The position numbers and the translations under genes were made by a program. This document shows, in pieces, positions 7,569 through 17,081 of a DNA stretch of 64,000 bases. The first letter of the stretch is position 1; every line of letters starts with the position of its first letter. Below the pieces are notes generated by a model. It saw only the letters and a list, made by a program, of their open reading frames with translations. It did not search any database and had not been told where the DNA came from. The DNA comes from an uncultured Christensenellaceae bacterium. Its GTDB lineage: Bacteria; Bacillota; Clostridia; Christensenellales; UBA3700. Where the stretch lies: assembly GCA_944383905.1 (NCBI GenBank), contig CALWRI010000003.1:48845-112844 (forward strand). Direction: 5' to 3'.

Positions 7569-8819
7569 ATGCAAACACAAGACAAAAATCTTGCAGAAGA
7601 CGTGCAAAAGGCAACCCAAGAGGAAGTAGTAGTTTCAAATCCCCCTCAAACCCCGACAAAATCTCAAAAAGTTCGGGCAACGCTCAAAAAACTGTCCAAA
7701 AGGTGGTTTATTGACGCATTTACGGGTATGGCGCAGGGACTGTTCGTCACCCTGATCGCGGGTACTATCATAAAGACGATAGGCACGCTGATCGGCGACA
7801 ACGCGGTTGGCAGACTGTTCACTACGTTGGGGCAAATAGCTTCGATACTGATGGGCGCCGGCATCGGCGCGGGTATCGCAAGCCATCTCAAAGCGAGCAA
7901 ACTCGTGATATTCGCAAGTATGGTCGCGGGCTTCGTCGGAGCATTTTCGGATAAATTTATCGGTTCTGCGGCGGATTTTGTGCCGGGAACGATGACCGAC
8001 ATATCCGCACTTCTCGGCGTGGGCAGTCCCGGCAACCCGATCGGCGCGTACGTTACGGCGCTTGCGGCGACGGAGATAGGATCTCTCGTTTCGGGCAAGA
8101 CAAAGCTGGACATACTTCTCGTGCCGCTGTCCTGCCTGTTGACTGCGCTGTTGTTCTCATACGTCGCGTATCCGTTCATCTGGCTCATCAATATGCTGGG
8201 CAAAGGCATTGCGATAGCCACGGATTTCACCCCGTTCTTTATGGGGATCGTGATCTCCGTCGTGATGGGCATACTGTTGACGATGCCGACTTCGAGCGCG
8301 GCGATATGGGTCGCTGTCGCAAGTCCGATACTTTCGGACGCTACGGCGAGCAGCGCGAACGTGGAGGCGATGTATATCGCCGGCGGAGCCGCTGTGGTCG
8401 GTTGCGCCTGCCAGATGGTCGGCTTTGCGGTGATGAGTTTCAAGGAAAACGGCTGGAGCGGCATCATATCGCAGGGACTCGGCACGAGTATGCTTCAGAT
8501 CCCCAACATAATGAGGAATCCGCGCATATTCATACCGCCGATAGTTGCGAGCGCCGTTTGCGGACCCATCGCGACCTGCGCGTTCAAGCTCAGATGCGGC
8601 TCGTCGGGCGGAGGAATGGGTACCTGCGGTTTTGTGGGTATAATAGATGCGTTCAATTGCAGCGTTACGACGGGCGATATGCCGTGGTGGCTTTTCCTGA
8701 TCTGCGTGATATTGCTGTTCTTCGTGCTGCCTGCGGTGATTTGCTGGGCGCTCGGACTGCTTTTGCGCAAGGTGGGCTGGATAAAAGAAAACGACTTAAA
8801 GCTCGATTACAACAACTGA
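7569..8819 (+). CDS. Polytopic membrane protein resembling the PTS EIIC_2 family (putative transporter)
   Basis: I take ATG 7569 as the start (GAGG upstream); the ORF-track start at 7458 lies inside the promoter region. The segment ...KRWFIDAFTGMAQGLFVTLIAGTIIKTIG... and the many Gly/Ala-rich transmembrane helices resemble proteins annotated as PTS sugar transporter subunit IIC (PF13303), as recalled from memory. Confidence 0.55.
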   Translation: MQTQDKNLAEDVQKATQEEVVVSNPPQTPTKSQKVRATLKKLSKRWFIDAFTGMAQGLFVTLIAGTIIKTIGTLIGDNAVGRLFTTLGQIASILMGAGIGAGIASHLKASKLVIFASMVAGFVGAFSDKFIGSAADFVPGTMTDISALLGVGSPGNPIGAYVTALAATEIGSLVSGKTKLDILLVPLSCLLTALLFSYVAYPFIWLINMLGKGIAIATDFTPFFMGIVISVVMGILLTMPTSSAAIWVAVASPILSDATASSANVEAMYIAGGAAVVGCACQMVGFAVMSFKENGWSGIISQGLGTSMLQIPNIMRNPRIFIPPIVASAVCGPIATCAFKLRCGSSGGGMGTCGFVGIIDAFNCSVTTGDMPWWLFLICVILLFFVLPAVICWALGLLLRKVGWIKENDLKLDYNN

Positions 8820-8837
8820 CGGGCTGACGGAGGTAAT

Positions 8838-10622
8838 ATGCAAGTCAAGACGAGAGACGAAATTGAAGAAAAGTATACCTGGAAAACGGAGGATATGATC
8901 TCCGGCAAAGAGGAGTGGGACAGACTTTACGGTCTCGTGAAGAACGGGATCGCGGAGATCGTTGCGTTCAACGGCAAGCTCAAGGACAAGGAGAGCATTC
9001 TCTCTTGTCTCAGGACGTCCACTAAACACGAGGACGCGCTCGGCAGAATGTTCTGTTACGCGCACATGAAACGCGATCAGGACGTCGGCAATTCAGAGAA
9101 CAAGGCGCTTTTCGACAGCGTAAGAAATCTCTATATAGCGTATGCGGGCGAGACGAGCTTTATCATGCCGCAGTTGACCGCTCTCGACGAAAAATTCCTT
9201 GCGTCTCTCTCAAAAGACAAAGATTTTTCCGATTACAGTTACGTCATCGAAGGGATAATAAAAGACAAAAAGCACACTCTCGGAGAGAAAGAGGAAAGAC
9301 TGCTTGCCATGACGCAGATGTTTTCTTCAGTTCCGCAGGAAGCGTTTTCCATGCTCAACAACGCAGATATACGCTTCGAGCCGTTTACGGACAGCAAAGG
9401 GGAGGAGATAAAACTCTCGCACGGCGTGTACAGCCTGATGATGCAGTCGACTTGCAGAGAGGATCGCAAAAAGGCGTTCGAGAGCATGTATCACGCTTTT
9501 GAAAACAATATAAACACGATCGCGGCGCTTTACAACGGCAACGTGCAGAAGAATGTGTTTTATGCACGCGTCAGAGGGTTCGGAAGCTGTCTCGCGGCGG
9601 CGGCGCACGGCGAAGACGTCCCGACGGCAGTTTACGAGAGGCTGTCAGAGTGTATAGATTCCAACGTCGGCAAGCTGCACGAATATCTCGAATACCGTCG
9701 CAGGAAGATGGGCGTGGACGAGCTTCATATGTACGATCTGCACGTCCCCGTCGTCGAGGGATGTGAAATGGGCATGGATTACGAGGACGCATGCAAGCTC
9801 GTCGTCAAGGCGCTCGCTCCGCTCGGAGAAAATTATTGCAGGCTGCTTGAAAAAGCGTTTGCGGAAAGATGGGTCGACGTCTACGAAAACAAGGGTAAGC
9901 GTTCGGGCGCTTATTCGACCGGCTGTTACGGCTGTCATCCCTACGTCCTTCTCAACTACCAGCGCACGACGCACGACGTGTTCACGATAGCTCACGAAAT
10001 GGGACACAGCATGCACACCTATTTCTCCAACGAGACACAGCCGCTGCCCAAGGCGGACTACAAGATTTTCGTTGCGGAAGTTGCTTCGACTGTCAACGAG
10101 ACCCTTCTTCTCAATTACCTTATCAGAAATTGCAAAGACAAGAAGGAAAAAGAGTTTCTGTTGTCGTATATGCTGGATATGTTCCGCACTACCGTGTTCA
10201 GACAGACGCAGTTCGCGCAGTTCGAGTACGAGGCTCATACCGCGGCGGAAAAGGGAGTCGCTCTTACGCCCGAGTATCTCAACGATCTCTATTACAGGCT
10301 CAACTGCAAGTATTACGGAGGAGAAAAGGTCGTCAACGACGATCTGATCAAATACGAATGGAGCAGGATCCCGCATTTCTACACCGCGTTTTACGTCTAC
10401 AAGTACGCGACGGGACTCATCAGCGCGGTCTGCATAGCTGCGGATATTCTCGAAAAGGGTCAGAGCGCGCTCGACGACTATATGAAGTTTCTGAGCGCGG
10501 GAGGAAGTATGCCGCCCGTTGAAATTCTCAAACTTGCGGGCGTGGATCTGACAACGGACGTTCCGTTCCAAAAGGCGATGAAGGTAATGCAGGATTATCT
10601 TACGGAGCTCAAAGCTCTGTGA
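8838..10622 (+). CDS. pepF: Oligoendopeptidase F (M3B family)
   Basis: 594 aa with the HEXXH zinc motif in TIAHEMGHSMH. Length and overall sequence are PepF-like. Confidence 0.9.
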   Translation: MQVKTRDEIEEKYTWKTEDMISGKEEWDRLYGLVKNGIAEIVAFNGKLKDKESILSCLRTSTKHEDALGRMFCYAHMKRDQDVGNSENKALFDSVRNLYIAYAGETSFIMPQLTALDEKFLASLSKDKDFSDYSYVIEGIIKDKKHTLGEKEERLLAMTQMFSSVPQEAFSMLNNADIRFEPFTDSKGEEIKLSHGVYSLMMQSTCREDRKKAFESMYHAFENNINTIAALYNGNVQKNVFYARVRGFGSCLAAAAHGEDVPTAVYERLSECIDSNVGKLHEYLEYRRRKMGVDELHMYDLHVPVVEGCEMGMDYEDACKLVVKALAPLGENYCRLLEKAFAERWVDVYENKGKRSGAYSTGCYGCHPYVLLNYQRTTHDVFTIAHEMGHSMHTYFSNETQPLPKADYKIFVAEVASTVNETLLLNYLIRNCKDKKEKEFLLSYMLDMFRTTVFRQTQFAQFEYEAHTAAEKGVALTPEYLNDLYYRLNCKYYGGEKVVNDDLIKYEWSRIPHFYTAFYVYKYATGLISAVCIAADILEKGQSALDDYMKFLSAGGSMPPVEILKLAGVDLTTDVPFQKAMKVMQDYLTELKAL

Positions 10623-10637
10623 CAAGAGGGGAAACAT

Positions 10638-12194
10638 ATGGCTAATCAGCGCAGAAAAGAGGAAAACAGCAATACCGCGGTGGCGCTTCGTCGCACTTTG
10701 CCGCATAATCTCGAGGCGGAAAACGCGGTGCTCGGCGCGTTCCTGACGGACGCGGAGATACTCGCGGATATGCTTGCGGGGCTCAAGGAGGACGACTTCT
10801 ATTCTCCCGCAAACCGCGTCGTGTTCGCCTGCATACGCGATCTCGCGGCGAGAAGCGTGCCTGCGGACATCGTCACCGTGACGGGCAAGCTCGAAAAGGA
10901 CGGCAAGCTTGAAGAAGCGGGCGGGCTCGAAAGGCTGGAAGAGCTCGCGGATACGCTGCCGTCGACGGCAAACTGCGAGTATTACATAGAGATAATCAAG
11001 AGGGACGCTCTGATGCGCCGCATAATCGGCACTTGCGGAAAGGTCATCGACAACGCTTTTACGCTTGACGACTCGCAAAAAGCGCTTGCGTTTGCGGAGG
11101 CTTCGATCTACGAAATAGGCACCGAAAACCAGAGGGGCGAGCTTGTGCCGATCGGGGAGCCCACTCTCGAGGTCGTGGACAGACTTGCGGAAGTTTTCCG
11201 CACCAAACAGCCCGCGACGGGACTTATGTCTCACTATCGCAACCTCGACAGAATGACAAACGGCTTTATGCCCGGTCAGATGATAATCATTGCCGCGCGT
11301 CCCGGTTGCGGCAAGACTTCGTTCGCAATGAGTATTGCGACTAATATCGCAAAGTACGAACCGGAAAAGGTGGTCGCGGCGTTCAACCTGGAGATGTCTT
11401 CGCAGGAACTCGTGCAGAGGATACTCGTGTCGTTGACGGGTATAGACAACTCGACGCTTATCAAGGGCGAGGAAACGCAGGATCAGCTGCAAAAGCTGTT
11501 CGAGGCGCACGAGAAACTGCGCGACAGCAAGCTGTTCATCGACGATACCGCTTCGCAGACCGCGGAAGAGATCATGTCAAAATGCCGCCGCCTCAAGGCA
11601 AAGCAAAAGAGACTCGATCTCGTGATAATAGACTATCTGCAACTTATGAGCCCGAGCAGGAACAGAGACGGCAACCGTCAGCAGGAAGTCGCAGATACCT
11701 CGCGCTTCATAAAGATGATGGCAAAGGAGCTCAAAGTCCCCGTCATAGTGCTTTCGCAGATGTCGCGCGATATAGAAAAGAGAGAGGACAAGACTCCTAT
11801 GCTTGCCGACCTTCGTGAATCGGGATCGATCGAGCAGGACGCGGATATGGTATTCTTCCTTAACAACGCGGACGGAGACAACGAGGACACTGTTGAGAAG
11901 AAAAACGTCAGCCTTATCATCGCCAAGCACCGTAACGGCGCGACGGGCACTGTCTACTACGTTTTCGACAAGAAACACATGCGTTTTTCCGTCGCGGTCA
12001 ACAAGAAACATGCGGAAGTCGCCGCTCCCGAACAGACGGGACCGGAAAGCGTCGGAGACGTGGCGAGCGAATTGCGCGAGGACGACTATTACGTCGAGGA
12101 CGAATTTGCTCCGATCGAAGAACCTGCGGGCGATTTCGATCTGTCGGAGCTGCAGGACGCCGCGGATTTCATGCCGCCGTCCGACGGAGAATAA
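10638..12194 (+). CDS. dnaB: Replicative DNA helicase (DnaB/DnaC-type) with an additional acidic C-terminal tail
   Basis: N-terminal LPHNLEAENAVLGA, Walker A ARPGCGKTSFA, IIDYLQLM, and RESGSIEQDADMV. About 65 extra acidic residues follow the canonical end. Confidence 0.92.
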   Translation: MANQRRKEENSNTAVALRRTLPHNLEAENAVLGAFLTDAEILADMLAGLKEDDFYSPANRVVFACIRDLAARSVPADIVTVTGKLEKDGKLEEAGGLERLEELADTLPSTANCEYYIEIIKRDALMRRIIGTCGKVIDNAFTLDDSQKALAFAEASIYEIGTENQRGELVPIGEPTLEVVDRLAEVFRTKQPATGLMSHYRNLDRMTNGFMPGQMIIIAARPGCGKTSFAMSIATNIAKYEPEKVVAAFNLEMSSQELVQRILVSLTGIDNSTLIKGEETQDQLQKLFEAHEKLRDSKLFIDDTASQTAEEIMSKCRRLKAKQKRLDLVIIDYLQLMSPSRNRDGNRQQEVADTSRFIKMMAKELKVPVIVLSQMSRDIEKREDKTPMLADLRESGSIEQDADMVFFLNNADGDNEDTVEKKNVSLIIAKHRNGATGTVYYVFDKKHMRFSVAVNKKHAEVAAPEQTGPESVGDVASELREDDYYVEDEFAPIEEPAGDFDLSELQDAADFMPPSDGE

Positions 12195-12209
12195 AGAGAA
12201 AATCAGGTA

Positions 12210-12248
12210 AAAAGGCAAACGGCGATCCCGTTTGCCTTTTACTTTTTC
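12210..12248 (+). terminator. Intrinsic terminator after dnaB
   Basis: AAAGGCAAACGG-cgatc-CCGTTTGCCTTT followed by a T-rich tail. Confidence 0.8.
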
Positions 12249-12275
12249 ATTATGCTGGGTCTGAAGGCATATACT
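12246..12275 (+). promoter_or_regulatory. Possible sigma-E-type sporulation promoter for yqfC-yqfD
   Basis: TTCATTAT, then 14 nt, then CATATACT. This resembles the sigma-E consensus (-35 xCATAxx, -10 CATACAxT) as I recall it. yqfCD is sigma-E dependent in B. subtilis. Confidence 0.3.
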
Positions 12276-12302
12276 TGAAAGAATAATGTGTTGGAGAGAC
12301 CT

Positions 12303-12566
12303 ATGGCTTACAGAGACGAACTCAAAGAAAAATTCGACGCTCGATTCGGAGACGGTCTTGCGACTTTTGTTTTTACCATGTTCGGACCGCGCGCCGCGGC
12401 GGTGGAAGGAGCGAAGAGAATAGTCTATTATGACGACAAGTGCGTGAAATTCGCGGTCGGCAAGCGTATTCTCGAGATAAGCGGAAACGGGCTTCAGCTT
12501 TGTTCCTGCAACGGTAACGAGTATTACGTCAGCGGAGAGATACTCAAGGCGGAGGTGTCCCGATGA
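12303..12566 (+). CDS. yqfC: Sporulation protein YqfC (YabP family)
   Basis: A small ORF directly upstream of, and overlapping, yqfD. The YabP-like segment is ...RIVYYDDKCVKFAVGKRILEISGNGLQL... I take ATG 12303 as the start, preceded by GGAGAG. Confidence 0.7.
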   Translation: MAYRDELKEKFDARFGDGLATFVFTMFGPRAAAVEGAKRIVYYDDKCVKFAVGKRILEISGNGLQLCSCNGNEYYVSGEILKAEVSR

Positions 12567-13705
12567 CGGCGAAAAGAACGGTCGCAAGCGTCAGAGGCGC
12601 AGATCTGTCGGGCTTCGTCAGCGCGGCGAACAATGCGGGGATAGCGTTGTGTGATATAAAGAAAGATGGCGATGAGCTCACCTTTTGTTGCGGCGGAAAG
12701 GACGAAAAGAAGTTGCGCGCTTTCGCCGCGAGGCGGGGGTTGTATTTCGAGGTAAAAAACAGGCGGGATTTCAGATTTTACGCGCGCGCCTTATTAAGAC
12801 ATATAGGGGCGGCAACCGCGCTCGTCGTCGTATTGGCGAGCTTTGTCGCATCGAGGTTTTTCGTGTTTTCCGTCTCCGTCGAGGGAGTGGGAGCAGACAG
12901 CGCGGCGCGGATAGTCGAAGCGCTCGAAGAGGCAGGCATAGACAAGATCACGGCAAAGAGCGGGATAGATCTGTCAAAAGTTGAGGAGATAGCCGTCGGA
13001 GCGGACGAAAATCTCGCTTCCGCAGAGGCGTATATCGACGGGGTCAGGCTCGTCGTCAGCGTGCGCAGGCAGTTGCCCGAACCCGTGCCCGAAGAGGAGA
13101 ACGGAAAGATAATTTCATCCGTCGACGCGATTGTCACGAGGGTCGAGGTGTCGGGCGGCACCGCGCTCGTAAAGGCGGGAGATACGGTCAGGAAGGGGCA
13201 GACTCTGATCGACGACGTGATCATTGTCGGAGACCCGGCGGATCCCGAGCACGAAGAGATAGAGACCGCTGCGAAAGGCGACGTTTACGGCAGGGTGTGG
13301 TATACGGAGAGGTTGACGATCCCGGTATCCCGCACAGAATATCTGCGCACGGGGAGGGAGTTTGAGTCAACCGCGCTGCTCGTCAGGGGCAAGACCGTGC
13401 TGGGCGCGAAGTCGGATCACGGTTTTGCGGATTGGGAAAGCGTGTCGTCGAGGACGGACGTCAAGGCGATCGTGCCGTTTACGCTCGTGACGACGAAATA
13501 TTACGAGCTCGAAGCGGTCACGGTCGAGACGGACGAGGTATACGTTCAGGAGCAGGTTTACGGGGCGTTTGCGCGTCTTACGGCAAGTCTTGATGAGAGC
13601 GCTGTCGTCAGATCGAGCTATAAATCTCAAAAAAAAGTAGACAATTATATTATTATTATATTATACTATGAAGTAGAGCAACTCATCGGTTGCAGGGAGG
13701 CGTAA
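12563..13705 (+). CDS. yqfD: Sporulation protein YqfD (stage IV)
   Basis: 380 aa with one transmembrane segment (ATALVVVLASFVASRFFVF). It sits between yqfC and phoH, as in B. subtilis. Confidence 0.75.
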   Translation: MTAKRTVASVRGADLSGFVSAANNAGIALCDIKKDGDELTFCCGGKDEKKLRAFAARRGLYFEVKNRRDFRFYARALLRHIGAATALVVVLASFVASRFFVFSVSVEGVGADSAARIVEALEEAGIDKITAKSGIDLSKVEEIAVGADENLASAEAYIDGVRLVVSVRRQLPEPVPEEENGKIISSVDAIVTRVEVSGGTALVKAGDTVRKGQTLIDDVIIVGDPADPEHEEIETAAKGDVYGRVWYTERLTIPVSRTEYLRTGREFESTALLVRGKTVLGAKSDHGFADWESVSSRTDVKAIVPFTLVTTKYYELEAVTVETDEVYVQEQVYGAFARLTASLDESAVVRSSYKSQKKVDNYIIIILYYEVEQLIGCREA

Positions 13706-14688
13706 TTATAGTTACAAGGAAGATAAACGTCACCGACGTCGCGCCCGTAATGGCGCTGTTCGGTCAGTTCGACGAAAACCTGTCCTATCTCAATCGCACT
13801 CTTGACGTGAAGATAAATACGATAGGCGGAACGCTTACGGTGAGCGGAGAGGACGAGGACAAGACGGACCGTGCCGTCCGCGTCGTCAACGCGTTGCTCG
13901 AACAGGCGAAAAAAGAACCGCAGATCGGCAAGGCGACGATAGATCTCGTCGTGGACGCCGTGGACAACGACAGCGAGCACAAGCTGGAAGACGTCACAAG
14001 AGTGATCGCTCATACCGCAAAGGGCAAACCGATACGCGCAAAGACTTACGGACAAGCTCTTTACGTCGAGGCGATAGCAAAAAACAGCGTCGTGTTCGGC
14101 ATCGGACCCGCCGGAACGGGCAAGACCTATCTTGCGGTCGCGCTTGCGGCGCTTGCATACAAAAACAAAGAAGTAGAAAAGATCATACTCACCCGTCCCG
14201 CCGTCGAAGCGGGAGAGAAGCTCGGCTTCCTTCCGGGAGATCTCGGCGCGAAGGTGGACCCGTATCTGCGTCCGCTTTACGACGCTCTGCAGGAGATGTT
14301 CGGTCTCGAGACCTTCAACAGGCTCACCGAAAAAGGGGCGATAGAGATCGCGCCGCTCGCGTATATGAGAGGCAGGACGCTTTCCAACGCGTTCATCATA
14401 CTCGACGAAGCGCAGAACGCCACAAAAGAGCAGATGAAGATGTTTCTCACCCGTATGGGAGAGGGAAGCAAGATCGTCGTTACGGGAGACGTCACGCAGA
14501 TCGATCTGCCGCGCGACACGATGAGCGGTCTCACTCACGCTTCCAAAATACTTGACAATATTCCCAAAATAGCGATAATAAAACTCACCGCGAAAGACGT
14601 CGTGCGCCATCCGCTCGTCCAGGCGATAGTCACGGCATACGAAAAGGCGGAAAAACCGCGCGGTGAACAGACAGAGGAGAACTCATAA
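13690..14688 (+). CDS. phoH: PhoH-family ATPase (start codon uncertain)
   Basis: Walker A GPAGTGKTYLAVA and ...IILDEAQN... TTG 13690 has no clear SD. GGGAGG at 13695-13700 hints at a slightly later non-ATG start. Confidence 0.88.
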   Translation: MQGGVIIVTRKINVTDVAPVMALFGQFDENLSYLNRTLDVKINTIGGTLTVSGEDEDKTDRAVRVVNALLEQAKKEPQIGKATIDLVVDAVDNDSEHKLEDVTRVIAHTAKGKPIRAKTYGQALYVEAIAKNSVVFGIGPAGTGKTYLAVALAALAYKNKEVEKIILTRPAVEAGEKLGFLPGDLGAKVDPYLRPLYDALQEMFGLETFNRLTEKGAIEIAPLAYMRGRTLSNAFIILDEAQNATKEQMKMFLTRMGEGSKIVVTGDVTQIDLPRDTMSGLTHASKILDNIPKIAIIKLTAKDVVRHPLVQAIVTAYEKAEKPRGEQTEENS

Positions 14689-16133
14689 TGTCACAGGAGA
14701 AAAAACAGGCGGCACTTCGCACAACGGCGATAATGTGCATACTTTTTCTTGTCGCGGCGCTCACAGTGATATTGGGCATGATGCTCACGCTCAACAACTG
14801 GAATGTGTTTGCACACTACGACAGGATTTTAGCGCTTACCGTCGCCGTTTTCGTGTTGTTTGCCGTATTTTACGTTTATCTCAATTACAGCTCCAATTCG
14901 CGCTCGCTCGAAAGCATGAGCAAGACAAAACTGCTCGCGGTCGCGTATACGGCGATAGTCTTCGGGATACTGATCTCGTGCGCCGCAGGCTCCTATCTCA
15001 ACTGGTACGCTTTGCCGCTCGCGTTCGTGTCGCTTCTCGTCGGCATACTCATCCGAGTCAGAGTGGGCGTTATGGCGACGATAATCGCAGGTATGTCCGT
15101 CATGATAATCTCACCTGCGACGGAGCTTATCGGCGACGCGCCGGCAGTCATGTCGGTAGTGCTGGGGTGCTTTACGGGCAAGCTTTCCGGTTTTGTAATG
15201 GCGTTTCTGATAAGAAAGAGATACTCCCGTTTCAAACTCACATGGGGAGCGCTTATCGTCTCTCTCGCAATGATGCCTTTCAGCGTGCTCATGAGCATAC
15301 TTTATATCAGTGATCCGGAATTGCTGCTCAACAACGCGATAGCTACCGCGATAGGCAACATGCTCGCCGTCGCGCTCATTACGGCAAGCCTGCCGCTTTA
15401 CGAACGTATCTTCAACGTCTGGACGGATTTCAGATTGCAGGAGCTCATCACGTTGCGTCAGCCCCTTCTCAAAAAGCTCAACGAGGAGGCGCCGGGCACT
15501 TTCAGTCACAGTATGGCTGTCGCCAATCTTGCGGAAAACTGCGCTGTGGCGATCGGGATCAATCCGTATATGGCGCGTGCCTGCGGCTATTTCCACGATA
15601 TAGGAAAGAGCAAGAATCCGCAGTTTTTCATTGAAAACCAGAAGGACGGCTACAATCCTCACGACGAGCTCATTCCCGAGGTCAGCGTCAGCATGATAAC
15701 CCGTCATACGACTGCGGGTTACGAAATGCTCAAGGCGGCTCATATGCCGGAGGAGATATGCAAGGCGGCTATCGAACATCACGGCGACAGTCCCGTCAGC
15801 TATTTCTATATGAAGGTCAAGAGCATTACCGAAGGAGATGTCGACGACAAGGAGTTCTGTTACGAAGGACCTTGCCCGACGACCAAATACAGTGCGATAA
15901 TAATGATATGCGATATATGCGAGGCGATGTTCAGGGCAAAGCCGCCCGAGGATATGCAGTCTCTCGAAAAGGCGGTCGACGGGGTGATCAAGTCTCGTCT
16001 CAACGAAGGGCAGCTCGACGACTGCGGACTCACCATGCACGATCTCAAACTGATAAAACAGACTATATGCCGCGCGATACCCGCTTCGATGCACAAGCGT
16101 ATCGACTACGACAAGGCGAAGGAGAGAAGATAA
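14688..16133 (+). CDS. pgpH: 7TM-HD phosphohydrolase (PgpH/YqfF-like), short form
   Basis: About seven hydrophobic helices are followed by an HD domain (...GTFSHSMAVANLAE..., YFHDIGKSK). It keeps the conserved position between phoH and ybeY. Confidence 0.8.
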   Translation: MSQEKKQAALRTTAIMCILFLVAALTVILGMMLTLNNWNVFAHYDRILALTVAVFVLFAVFYVYLNYSSNSRSLESMSKTKLLAVAYTAIVFGILISCAAGSYLNWYALPLAFVSLLVGILIRVRVGVMATIIAGMSVMIISPATELIGDAPAVMSVVLGCFTGKLSGFVMAFLIRKRYSRFKLTWGALIVSLAMMPFSVLMSILYISDPELLLNNAIATAIGNMLAVALITASLPLYERIFNVWTDFRLQELITLRQPLLKKLNEEAPGTFSHSMAVANLAENCAVAIGINPYMARACGYFHDIGKSKNPQFFIENQKDGYNPHDELIPEVSVSMITRHTTAGYEMLKAAHMPEEICKAAIEHHGDSPVSYFYMKVKSITEGDVDDKEFCYEGPCPTTKYSAIIMICDICEAMFRAKPPEDMQSLEKAVDGVIKSRLNEGQLDDCGLTMHDLKLIKQTICRAIPASMHKRIDYDKAKERR

Positions 16134-16615
16134 TGATCTGCGTATACGACGAGGACAAGTTGCTCGACGGCGAGATCGACGTCGAATTGCTCGAAGAGAT
16201 ATGGTGCGAGTTGCTTTCGGCGCTCGGACTCAAAGACGAATTCGAGGCGGAGCTCACCGTCGTCGGAAAGGACGAGATAAAGGCTCTCAACCTTCAGACG
16301 AGAGGGGTCGACGCAGTGACCGACGTTTTGAGTTTTCCGTCGATGAACGTGACGTTACCTTTTGACGAAAAGGCTCACGAGGAGGACAAAAATCCCGGCA
16401 CGGGAAACTACATCCTCGGAGACATAGCGCTTTGCGCGGAAAGAGCCGTGGAGCAGGCGGGAGAGTTCGGACATTCGGTGAAACGCGAGGTATGTTATCT
16501 CGTGCTTCACGGGCTGTGCCATCTTTTCGGCTTCGACCACGAGACCGAAAAGGACAAGCGCAAAATGAGAAAGGTCGAAGAAGACGTGCTCACCGGGCTC
16601 GGTATCACGAGATGA
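16133..16615 (+). CDS. ybeY: rRNA maturation endoribonuclease YbeY
   Basis: Zinc motif HGLCHLFGFDHE. A TAATG overlap links it to the upstream stop. The longer ORF-track reading (from 15758) is an in-frame run inside pgpH. Confidence 0.9.
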   Translation: MICVYDEDKLLDGEIDVELLEEIWCELLSALGLKDEFEAELTVVGKDEIKALNLQTRGVDAVTDVLSFPSMNVTLPFDEKAHEEDKNPGTGNYILGDIALCAERAVEQAGEFGHSVKREVCYLVLHGLCHLFGFDHETEKDKRKMRKVEEDVLTGLGITR

Positions 16616-16977
16616 GGTCGGGAATGACGGAAGCCGCGTTGCTCGAAAAACTCAAAGAAAGCGCAAAGAGCGCCGCAAGGTCCGCATACTGTCCCCATTC
16701 GGGTTACGCGGTCGGCGCGGCGGTGCTCGCGGATGACGGCAGAATATTCGACGGTTGCAACATAGAGAACGCATCGTATTCTCTGACCGTGTGCGCGGAG
16801 AGAGTGGCGATATTCAAGGCGGTTTCCGCGGGCGCGAAGAAGATAACGGCGCTGTACGTTTATTCCGATTCCGGCAAACCGCCGTATCCGTGCGGAGCGT
16901 GCAGACAGGTGTTGTCCGAGTTCTGCGACGACGCGACGATCGTGGTCTCGGACGGAAAGACGGATATGATCACGTAG
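16612..16977 (+). CDS. cdd: Cytidine deaminase
   Basis: 121 aa with CAERVAIFKA (C-A-E) and PCGACRQ zinc and catalytic motifs. ATGA overlap with ybeY. Confidence 0.88.
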   Translation: MRSGMTEAALLEKLKESAKSAARSAYCPHSGYAVGAAVLADDGRIFDGCNIENASYSLTVCAERVAIFKAVSAGAKKITALYVYSDSGKPPYPCGACRQVLSEFCDDATIVVSDGKTDMIT

Positions 16978-17081
16978 CTTGAAAAGCTGTTGCCGTACGG
17001 TTTCAGATAATAGCAAAAAACAAACACGGGCGCGGGAAAATACGCGCTTTTTGAATATCGGAGAAAGATAAAGAGGTAAAC

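Noticed and set aside
9645-11510. A 621-aa ORF on the minus strand, antisense to pepF and dnaB
   Set aside because: The translation is Arg/Leu/His-rich low-information sequence with no motifs, no ribosome-binding site and no promoter. It lies fully antisense to two genes with unmistakable motifs. It is a typical stop-codon-free antisense frame in GC-biased coding DNA.
15758-16132. An N-terminal extension of ybeY in the ORF track (a 285-aa reading)
   Set aside because: The extension is an out-of-frame reading through the pgpH HD domain. The YbeY homology begins at the TAATG-coupled ATG at 16133. The same logic applies to the extended ORF-track starts of cdd, pstB, the histidine kinase, rsmE, priA, clpC, ctsR, hpf, dnaK, prmA and ppdK.
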